A DNA stretch of 64,000 nucleotides, taken from assembly GCA_013239625.1 (NCBI GenBank), contig MU053911.1, positions 881,590-945,589 on the forward strand. The letters run 5' to 3'. Shown here piece by piece: positions 25,181-35,830 of this stretch. The first letter of the stretch is position 1. Every line of letters begins with the position of its first letter. A program made the position numbers and the translations under genes. Source of the DNA: Lama guanicoe (taxonomy: Eukaryota). The notes under the pieces were generated by a model, which saw only the letters and a program-made list of their open reading frames with translations, did not search any database and was not told the origin of the DNA.

Positions 25181-25623
25181 CATAAAAAGACCAGCAGGAC
25201 CCCCAGGCAGAGCCACTGCTCTCCTGCCAGCGCCGTCCGGTTCCCTGGCCCAGAGGCTCTATCTCACTTTTTGCCTCTGAAACGGCTTACTTACCCCTAA
25301 AATTCTATTGGTTCCTTGAGCTCACTTCTGAGTGGTTATTTCCTTCACTCCTGATTGGTTATTTCTCTCCCTTCTGATTGGTCAATTTCTACAAGGCCTG
25401 TTCCTAATTAGTCAACTTTTGTTATACCTTATTTGCACGTGATGATGCAAAGTGTAAACTGGCAGCCTATAAAAGCCTGTGGAAACCTACAGACGGGGTG
25501 CAGAGCTTGGAGTGTTAACTCCTGTGGGCCCGTTGGTGTAATAAACCTGAGTTCTCCAGCTCTCCGAGTGCTGCTTGGTCTCTCGCTCGGATCCAGTTTG
25601 CTGTCACACCGAGCTGTCACACA
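25181..25623 (+). mobile_element. ERV solo LTR (5' boundary uncertain)
   Basis: Three inverted CCAAT boxes (attgg), TATAAAA at 25468-25474, AATAAA at 25540-25545, U5-like tail ending in CA at 25623. Confidence 0.75.
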
Positions 25624-28600
25624 TTTTTTTGTGCAACAGAAGAAGAGGTCAAGGAATTGGGAGACCAGAATATTGAAAGGATCGTGATCTCAGATATTTA
25701 AATCACCAAGAAGGTACCAGTCATGGTGGGAAGACCCTCGCTGAGCTGGGGAGACCCGGGGACTGTAGACGACCATGCAGTGTGGGCAGTGACAGGACTC
25801 TTGAGTCTGGGGTCTCCAGAGAAGAGGAAGCCAGAGGCTGGAAGGGGTGGTGCCAAGAGGACCACGGTGACCCCTCTCCACCCCCAGGCACAGCACCAGA
25901 GTGCAGGCGAGGAAGGCAGCTGAGAGACGGGCACCAGCTCGCAGGCTGTGAAGTGATGATCGGTGGAGATTTTTTAAAGAGTGATGCTTCTGTAGTGAAA
26001 AGACAGCGAGCTGAATGTTGGCTTTGTGGTGAAGGGCTTTCGCTCAGCTCACAGCAAACAGGAGAGTCTGTTCATTCCGAGCTGTGAGGCCCAAAATCTA
26101 GAGAAGCAGGTCTGACTTCTCCATTTCCACCCACTTTAGCCATTGTTCAGAGGAAATATAATAGGGCAGCTTGGAAAGTGCACTGCTGTTCACATCACAC
26201 GGGTGGGAAGATTAAGCTCTTGATTAACTGGGGAACAGGTACCTGATCATCATCTTGAGCAGGTCCGAGTCCGTGAAACTGGTTATTGTCTTCTCACCCA
26301 AAAGGGGGTCAGGGCCACTGCTGAGTCACCTTGTGATGAATGCTGAGCCACTGTCCCCCCACCTGGGGGTGGGGATGCGTGGTTGGTGAGCTCGGGGTTT
26401 CCTCAGCCCGGAAGCCTTCCCACTGTTCACGTCAGCCTCTTCACAGAGGGCGATTTCCAGACTTACACATACCTGGAAGAGTACGGGAGCAGCAGGGGAA
26501 AAAAAGCCAAACTTCTCAAGCAAAAGTGATTTGAATTCAACACGCAAGGAAACCTGGTGGCAAAGCTACTTTAACGATAAAAATTCCGATCACAATGTTC
26601 AGCCTGGTTCTCAGCTCTCCCCTCCCCCGCCCATGCCCGGCACCGTCGTCATCATCGTGGGAGGAGAGGAAAGGGAAGTAATTATCAGCACGAACACAGG
26701 ATCGCTGCCAACAGGATTTTTAAATTCACCTCCATTTCCTGGCTTGAATGGTCTCAAGTTAAGGATTAACTTTATCCATGTTCTTCAAGGCTTTGTTTTC
26801 CCAGAACCTGCTCTCTCGGCTGTGTTGAGTCAAAGAAAGAATCAAAGGGGCTCTTTCAAGTGCAGTGTCCGTGTTGCGACTTCAGCAGAAAAGTGTCTCT
26901 CGTTCTGCCAGACCTGCGGTCACCCTGGTGTGAACGGACACAAGCGTGGAGCTGTGCTTTGCAGACGCAGACAGTAGACCCCGGCAGTGTCATAGGGTGA
27001 GCCGCAGAAGCGAAAGGTCCACCGGGCACATTTTCCTGAAGAGAGGCTGCAGGTCGCGAGGACTGCCCGCAGAAGTTAACACGGCGCCTTGACGGGCCGC
27101 AGCCCAGCGTCCGGTCAGACAGATGCAGGAGAGGGTTCTTCACTCAGCTGACGGCACTAGCCTGCTGGGTCCAGCAGCTCACACTTACCCTGGCTTGTGG
27201 GAAACTCAAGAGCTGCTCAGATCCCCATCCCACCGGCCCACGGGAGCCCCGGCTGGTCCCCGTGTCCAGGGAGCCCCTGCAGGTGCAATCAGCAAACCCC
27301 ACAGAGATACAAAATCCGCAGGGCAGACGCAGTCCTGGATTGTCCACCGTCTGAGGCAATGACGGAGACTGCCTGCTTTGTCCAAAACTGAGTCACCACC
27401 CATTTCTGTGAAGAGCAATTTCTCCTAAGGCAATTTAAAAGTCTGTCTTTACTGGGGAGATTTCATCGACAGGTGTGCAAACTGAAGCATCCCTGTAACT
27501 AAGGGTGCGTCTCCCTCGATAGCCCCAGTCCCACGTCACCCACCGGCATCAGAGAAGTGAGCCGAGGGAGGGGCTGCACCGCCGGGACCCTTCAATCCTG
27601 CACGTACCCAGCTGAGGCCGTGCCCCGCATATGCGCACGGTTTGTTCCAGCGAATGTCTTTAGGAAGGAAGCATCTGGTTTGCGGCCCCGTCTGCCTCTC
27701 TCCTCCAGCTCTCCTTCCCCTTGTCACTCTCCCTTCACCTCTGACAGCTGCCCTGACTGTCCCCTGCCTGACCCCAGGGGCCCCACGAAGGTCTGCCCCC
27801 TCCTCCCGCCAGGACCCAGGCTGGCCCTTCGAAAACAGCCAGTCCACTCCCTCCTGACTTTGTACAACTCACTTTGGACACAAATCCTGTGCGGGACTGA
27901 GGGATGGTCAGGATGATCATTTTCCACAGTGTTAGTGCTTTTATGTAGCATACTCCCAGCCTGAGGACAGGAGACTCCGACTCCCACGTGCGTGTTGCTG
28001 TCTGTCCTTCTGCTCTCAGGACAGGTGGACTCTCCCACTGGTGACCCAGGAGGACACACTCCCAGAAGCTCCCAGGAGGTCCGCTGGGAAGAAGAATCTA
28101 AGGCTGCCAGCACATACATCAGGTCACATGTGATGATTTCCTGACCCGGGCAATCCCGGTGCCCACCAGGCTGCGAGAGAATAAAGCTTCCAGCTGACTT
28201 GTGACTCTGGCCCCAGTGAAGAAGGAAGGTTCTGGAGGAAGTAGCCTCCCCAGAACAGACCGTCCTGTCTGGGGCATCGCAAATTAGAAGTTCAGAGCAA
28301 GTCCAGAGAGGTGAGGTTTTTTAAAAAGGTTTGTCAGGGGAAGTTGAATGAAAAACTGTTGAATATAGAGGGGTGAGGTCAAGGTGGTTCTAGATGGGAG
28401 AAAGGGAGGGTGGAGGCCGGTGGAGGCCCATGGACAGCACAGTGGGACATCTGAGAGGCCGTTCTGGGAGGACTTCTGACACCTGAACAGGAGGCTGAGT
28501 TGCGGATGCGTCACCTAGAGAGAGACCCGGTGATGAGCAGGAACTCAGATGCAGAGTCAGGCAGGCGAGGGTGAGGAGTTGGGAAATCCAAGAATAAAGA

Positions 28601-28629
28601 ACAGAAAAGCATATTCCAGGTGGCTATTT

Positions 28630-28760
28630 AATCATTCATAGATTCAACAGATATGTATTAAATACTGTTACACGTCTAAAGTTGCCTTAGGACTGTACTG
28701 TAACAAGAGTCCTTGTTCTCACTAAGTACACAATCAGTCAGGGAAGATACATAATGTAAA
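28630..28760 (-). mobile_element. L2 3' remnant
   Basis: tcattcatagattcaacagatatgtatt…aacaagagtccttgttctc. Confidence 0.55.
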
Positions 28761-28772
28761 AAGCAATCACAC

Positions 28773-29081
28773 ATGACTGGATAAAGAGGCTGTGGTGTAT
28801 GTGTGTATACACACACAATGGACCGCTTAGCATGCACAAGGTCTTGGGTTCACTCCCCAGTTCCTCTACTAAAAATAAGTAAATAAAAACCTAATTACCT
28901 AATTACCAAATGTCCATCAACAGATGACTGGATAAAGAAGTTGTGGTATATTTATACAGTGGAATACTACTCAGCCATAAAAAAGAATGAAATCATGCCA
29001 TCTGCAGCACCATGGAAGGACCTGGAGACCATCATTCTAAGTGAAGTAAACCAGACAGAGAAAGAAAACGCCATATGATAT
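28773..29081 (+). mobile_element. L1 fragment / truncated SINE / L1 fragment composite
   Basis: atgactggataaaga..tgtggt occurs twice around gcttagcatgcacaaggtcttgggttcactcccc…cctaattacc. Confidence 0.8.
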
Positions 29082-30280
29082 GAGTGGGGACCGGGTGCCT
29101 TAGGTGCTCACTGCGGAGTCTGCTCAGGTCCACAGACAGCGGCTCAGCCACATCTGGTGAATGAATGAACCTTGTTCTGGGGTTGAAAGTGGTGAGTGAC
29201 ATCATCCCTCCCGCAGCGTCTCCTGACTCACCTGTGCCACACCCGCCGGGCTCACAGACCTCAGGAAAGTCCTGGAGACCCAGGACGCGCCCTCCTCTCG
29301 CAGGAGAGAATCAAGGGTCACCTCGCTTCCGTCATGCAAAATGTAGCTCAAAATACTGCAGGCTGCTAACTTCGTTTCTAATCTACTTTGCACAGTTCTG
29401 ATATTAATTAATGCTTTTAGTGCCATGTTTCTTTACATTTGGATTGAAAAATACAAATTTAGTATCTTCCTCACTAATATTGAAAAATTAAAACTTATTT
29501 CTTGTCATGCATAGAATCATGAAAATGATGCATGGAAGACATCGAAAACTACTATTAGGTGCAACCTTTAAAGCATGATGATAGTAACTATTTAAAAGGC
29601 AGTACACATAGACAGAATCCACACCCACCTGGGGTCACACTGCCACCAACACATCCTTTCCCAACATTCAATAACCATTGCCCCAAGTCAAAATTAGCTG
29701 AATATTTGTAAACCCTTGAAAGAGAGGTCCCCGGAAGGTTTTATTCCCCCAGCTTGAACTGTGACATTGTTGAATTTCAAATCCCCTGAGCACGGCTCAG
29801 CTCACAGCAGGCTCCAGCTCTCTGTTTGGTCCAACTTGTCTCATGCACGACCAGAGGGAGATGATTCAGTTAAGGACCACGTGAACTTGCCTTCTTATGG
29901 TCACTATTCTCTCAACATGGCCCTCTTCAATCTGAAATGCTTGGGGAGCAATTTATTCTTCAGGGCTGTTTTATTTTTTATTTTACTCCTTGTGACCATC
30001 TGATTTCGGACCATGGGGGTGAGTTAGTCTCTTATTCAACCACCAGGAAAGTAGCATATAAATATTTCAGCATTCTAATTAACTTCATCTTTGTTTCGCT
30101 TGTCCTAAGTCTTCCTGGGCTGAATGTAAAACACATTGAGTCCAAACAAAAAAACCACGACTTCAGTTATTTCCTACACGGGATCAGTTTCGCTGAAGAG
30201 GCCGCCTGGTTGTGACCAAGGGGCGCGGAGTTCCATGACGGCCAAGGTTCCTGGCCCCAATCAGCCGTGTCTCCTGGATA

Positions 30281-30282
30281 CG

Positions 30283-30316
<34 letters not shown>
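30281..30316. repeat. (CG)5(CA)13 compound microsatellite
   Basis: Direct reading; alternating purine-pyrimidine tract. Confidence 0.97.
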
Positions 30317-32385
30317 GTTAACGCCTGTCATTGCTCCATTATTTCTTTAGCTCTCCATGGCTTCCTGGCCGTTTAAAATACCACTTGAAGGAATTAAGCC
30401 TTATCAGTTCATAGCTCCGTTATCAGCCAACACCTTAGCTGACAGCCAGCTGGGAGTGAGCTTTCAGGAACGTGACCTGGCCGGGTGCTGGCGGGGGGGC
30501 TGGTGCCGGGCAGGGGTGGCTAGGAGGCCTGGGCCGTCCCTGGGCTTTGTTCAGCACCAGGACTCAGCCTCCGGGAGAGAAGCTGCCCCTGTGGTGATGG
30601 ATTCGGGCCCAAGGGCAGGGAGGTCTGTGGGGGGAAGACGTGGTTGCAGAAGGACCCCCAGCTCAGGGCAGGGACACAGGCGAGCAGCTGCCCACACTTA
30701 CCAGGCCGTTCACGTCCGCACCCCGCCCGCACTGACCGGGCGGCCTCCGTCCACACTGCACACGTGAGCTGGCTCTCTGGGGCTAATACTTATGCATCCC
30801 AGACACCATACTACACACTTTTACTTGCCAGCTGCCACACCATCTTCTACAGATGAGAACTGAGGTTTAGGAAAGTAAAGAGCACACAGCTGAGAAATGG
30901 GAGAGAACCTAGGGTTTTAACCGCTACGCTTTTGAGCCTCTTTATGTTGATAAATGACTCTTTAAAAAGCTATTATTTCATTACTACCAAAACATTCTGG
31001 CAAATACAGAGGCTGCACATGCTCTCTGATTTCCATTTGAGAAATTAAAAAGCAAAGGCGTTGGGAGACCTAAAGTTAACAGCCCTGGGCCGTTAGACGG
31101 TGCGGAACCTGGATAGACGTGTGCCCCGGTTGGCACCCAAGGCTTCTCGCAGGAGGCTGCACGTCTCCCTGTGTCTCCCTCAGCGATACCCATGGTATTT
31201 TTATTTGTTTGGTTTTGTTTTAGTGTTTGTTCTGTATCTACTGTTGAGAGCCTGCCTTTGCCAGAGATAAACGTCCATATTAAAACATGATCTGCCCAAT
31301 TTGTTCATGGACCCAACTCTGTGCTTTGAACACCATTTCAGTAAAAATCATTCCATTAGGAAGTTCTCGTCAGGGCAAACTGCGTCCACGGTGGTTCCCA
31401 TACGCCTCCTGAGAAGTGCACCCAAGATCGTTTAGACACAGGAAAGTCTCCTGAAGAAATGGAGCATAGGGCCCCGCAGCGGGGCTGCCAGCAATGCCTT
31501 CCAGAAGTTTTCACGAGCTGCCCTAGTTTTTTATTGACTTAAAGGGAAATGGAGTCAAGAGGGGAAGCACCAATAAAACCGTAGGTAAGTCAAAGGTTTG
31601 TTTTTGTTTCTGTGGATTCGTTCTCACACACTTCCTGCTACTAGGCTTTTTCTTGGTGATGTGTAATTTTAGCCGCAAGCCTCGCGTTAAGCAATGAGGA
31701 CTAGTCTATTTCCTGATGAACCTGAGAAAGGTCAGGGGTTAACTGGGCCAGGCCTGGTTAAAATGTCACAAGCTGGAAGGGAGCGCTCCCCACCTCTGCA
31801 CGGTGGCCCCCAACCTTCTCAGGACCCGGGACGCTTCAGTGGTTTAGAAACAACCAGACACAGGCGTGTCCTAGCTTCAGAGAAACAAATCTGTTTTTTT
31901 CCTTCACTGTGCAACACTAAATAAATGACTCAAACTTCCTGAAACCTTAAGAAAACACAAAAGGCCCTTAGTCTGAGAGCCTGGGCCTCACCGATACTGC
32001 AGAGAACAGACGCAGCTGAAATGTACCCCCCTCATCAATTACACGGAATCACATCTGTCGCCAGGCCCCAGAGCTGGATTTTCCCGTGAAAAAATGAATA
32101 ACACATATTAGCAAAAAGCCCAGAGGGGACTCCGAAGGGGGAGAGGGAACCCTAGAAGAGAAGCCACAGAAAGCTCTGTGTGTGAACACAGACTCCACTG
32201 AAAAGTGAACCCCACGGCAGACACAGCTTCGCTCCTGGAAATTCAATCAGTGCATCTAAAGAGGCAAAAAGTTTTTTTGAAACACAATTATTGATCTCCT
32301 CTTAAAACTCCAGTGAGATCCCAGTCAGTAGCTGAGGTGAAGTGGAGAGACCAACTCACCATCCAGATGTCCTTCCAAAATTTTC

Positions 32386-32479
32386 TTTTTTTTTTTTTTG
32401 AATGGAGGTACTAGGGATTGAACCCAGGACCTCGTGCACACTAAGCATGTGCTCTACACCTGAGCTCTACCGGCCCCCC
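32386..32479 (-). mobile_element. tRNA-derived SINE (Vic-1-like, short form)
   Basis: Poly(T) + atggaggtactagggattgaacccaggacctcgtgcacactaagcatgtgctcta; flanked by aaaattttct / agaattttct. Confidence 0.9.
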
Positions 32480-33779
32480 TAGAATTTTCTGTCTTGAATC
32501 AGCAAACCTGAGGGGAGTGGTGATGAGAGTCTGGGGTCATGGTGGGCAGGTAACGGCCAGGGTAGTTATTTATGGAGATCTTACAATAAGATGAACCAGG
32601 ACATGTGCCATACAGACTTCAAGTCATATTTCTATTTTCAATGAGTTGCTTAAGTTCCTTGTTTCAGCCATAATTGAAAGAAGAAGAAGAACAAGCCAAA
32701 AGCAAACCTTGTCCTAGAAGCACTGGGCTGCGAAGAGCTTGCAAATGTTTCTAGAACCCGTCCAGCATATTCCTGAAACCCACATTCCTGGGACAAGAGG
32801 ACAATGTGTCAACTGAATGGGCTTGTGAACGAACCTCTCACAGTGACAGCCAATGAAGGGTCGCTGACAGAGATCTACGGCTGAAGGCGGCGCCACACAG
32901 TCCCACAGGCTCTAAGACCCAGTCCGCTCCCTTGGGGCTTGGGGACGACCACCAGACAGAAGCATCTTACTTCTCTTACTGAAACAGAAGTCTACAGTTT
33001 CAAATTATTCAAATGATTTAGTCTTTAAAAATTCCATTTTAACCAAGCAAGTTCAAGAATGAACTTGGGATGGTGGGGGCAGGTGGTGATGTTTCATATT
33101 TGGGAAGATAAACCATAAGATACAAAACAAACTTCTCTGGGTTTGTATCTTTATGTATCTTTACTCTTAGCGTATATAAATCTCTGAAGCTGAAGAGAAG
33201 TGCTTAAAATGCTGCCTTTGTGTCTTGGACGCTGGCATGTTTCTGGCCAGGTTCTCTTAGTAAGTGAATTAGTTGAAGACCGCACTTTGGGAAGCTCTAG
33301 TTGCCTCCGATGACACTGTCTGGAGCAACATTCTTGGTTTCCGTTACACACAAGCCAAACTGAGAAAGATGAGTGACGCTGCCCAGGACCTCGGGGTGCC
33401 CAGGACCACTCCTCCCTGCAGGGGCAGAGTCAGCGAGGGAACCAAGATGAGTCGTGCCTCCTGCTATGCACCCCTTCCAAAACGCTGCCTTCCCTCCCCA
33501 GTAAAATCTATTTAAATAGGAATTTACTAAAACAGAAAGACAGAGCATGTCAATTAGGCTCAGCCAATAAACAGAATGCAAAAAAAAAAAAAGAAAAATA
33601 GTGTCTTAAAGAAAGAAAGAAAAGTATATCCTGGAAGAAAAAATGGGCAACAATAAGCCAGAGCATTATCCGTGATTGCCTCAGGGATGGGCAGTACTTT
33701 TCCTGACACTTCTCTGTAATAAGTAGTATTCTGAAAATCATCAGAAACATAAAGTGGAAAACAAATTCAGAACTTCTCA

Positions 33780-35050
33780 ACATGTAAGATCATGATTTGA
33801 AATTTCCTCTGTTTATACGTAGGTCTCTCACAGACCAAATGGTTTAAAAAGAGAAAGACAGAGCAATACTCCAACGCAATGAACAATTGGTAGATGTAAC
33901 ATAGAAAGAGCCCCACAAAAAAGAAAAGGAGATAAAGAATACTAACAGGAAATTCACAGAAGATACCCGAACTCTCCAATAGTGAGGTCATTGTAAACTG
34001 AATTGAGATAGCAGTTCATATCCATATTAGCAAAATTGTAAAGTGTTAGAATTCCAAGTATTGGCAAGAATGCAAGGGAGTGGAAACCCTCGTGTTGCTA
34101 ATGGCTGCATAAACTGAGACACCACTTTGGAATAATTTGGTAACACTAGGAGCCCAGTGAAGACTGTTACAAAGTGTGACTTCATCACTGTGCCAAGGAG
34201 AGGGCACTAGAGCATTTATTGCAGCATCTATTGAACACTTAGTAACAATCTGAATGTCAACAGAGGAAAGGATAAACAAACTGCGGTCTGCGGTCTGTTC
34301 ATAAAATAGATCACTTTCGAGAAATTAAAATAAATAAGATATCACTGTATCAATGTGGGTAAATACTGAACACATTAATTTGAGTAAGAAAAGCAAGTCA
34401 CAGAGCAATATATTGTCTGCATTACCACTTGTGTGAATTTTTAAAGCACGTAAGATAACAGTACATGTTGATATCACTCATATGTAGAATCTAAAAAAAA
34501 AAAAAGACTACACTAATGAACTTACCTACAAAACAGAAACAGACTCACAGACACAGTAAACAAACTTACGGTTACCTGGGGGAAAGGGAGTTAATATTTG
34601 CAAATATTAACTACTGTATATAAAATAGCTTAAAAAACAAAATTCTTCTGTATAGCATAGGGAGCTGTATTCAATATCTTGTAGTGACCTATAGTGAAAA
34701 AGAACATGAAAACGAGCGTATGTGTGTATATGGGTGACTGAGACATGATGCTGTGCACCAGACATTGATACATTGTAACTGACTATACTTCAATTAAAAA
34801 AAGATAACACTACATATTGAATAAATGCCAACTTCATCTTATTGATTAACTGCCAGGGAGGGAAGGATATGGATGAAGAATGAATAGGAAGTTTTCAGAT
34901 GCATCTCTGTGACATTTTATTGCTAAACAAACAAACAAAAAGTTTCCAATACCTTAAGCAAATACAGCATTTGTGGTACCTGGGTACTGAGCACACACAA
35001 GTGTATCCTATTATCTGTTCTCTTCAAGCGTTTGGTATATTTTATAACTG
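33780..35050 (+). mobile_element. Old L1ME-like ORF2-end/3' remnant
   Basis: ccaagtattggcaagaatgcaagggagtggaaaccctc…accactttggaataatttgg…ttgagtaagaaaagcaagtcacagag. Confidence 0.6.
34472..34800 (+). mobile_element. 5'-truncated younger L1 3' end nested in old L1
   Basis: Canonical 3' UTR ending gactatacttcaattaaaaa; TSD aagataacagtacatgttga (34452-34471) / aagataacactacatattga (34801-34820). Confidence 0.92.
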
Positions 35051-35089
35051 AGGACATTAAGCAACCTCTTGGTCATTGTTTATTGCAGC

Positions 35090-35830
35090 CAGAATAAATC
35101 TCTGGAATGGCAGGGAATGTCCATGTCTCAGAGTTCAGAGAGGGAGGCAGAGCCAAGAAAGGCTCTTGATGGACATGGAGGAGATCTGAGCCAGTATGGA
35201 CACCACGACGTGGCCAGCATGGCCAGAAGGAGCCGGTGGAGAAGGTCTGGGTCTGGGGTGAGGGGTAAGGCAATGACTGACTGACGCCTGAGTTTGGGAT
35301 GGACAGCTGGACGCAGAGGCTGAGGGGAGGAGACAGAAGTGACAGTATCTGAGGTGGAGGAGCTTGGAGCCGAGGCAGCAGCATGAACAGACAGAGGTCA
35401 TGGAAGGGCTGCCAGTGTGAGTAGAGGAAGGACTCGAGATTGTGGGATGCTCTGCAGCCGGGAAGGAGCAGGGGTCACAGGAGGGGGGCAGGGGAGGGCG
35501 GAGGGTAGGAAACTGTGGTCAGAGAGCGGAAGCAGAGTGATTCCGGGTGGCCCGGGTCTGGGAAAGTCACCGTAAACATGGTTGCATGGACAGAGCCTCA
35601 GCTGCTGAGGCTGGACTGAGTGGTCGAGGGAGGGAGGGGCCAACCTGGACTCTGAAGTCCTCGGGACTGAGCCAGGATAGGACAGATGAGGGACAATTCT
35701 GGGCTCAAATGCCAAACCCCTCCCCGTTTGACAGATGCCGGGGTGAGGGGACACACAGGAGGACATGGATGATGGCATCACTTTTGTCAAAAATATGGTC
35801 ACTAGGAGAGGGAGGCAGTGTGAACAGACG
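35090..35830 (-). mobile_element. Old L2 fragment
   Basis: Purine-rich tract with L2-like motifs (ggcaatgactgactgacgcctgagtttgggatggacag…); heavily diverged. Confidence 0.4.

Noticed and set aside
30549..30570. RE1/REST-like ttcagcaccaggactcagc
   Set aside because: Right half-site and spacing deviate from the RE1 consensus
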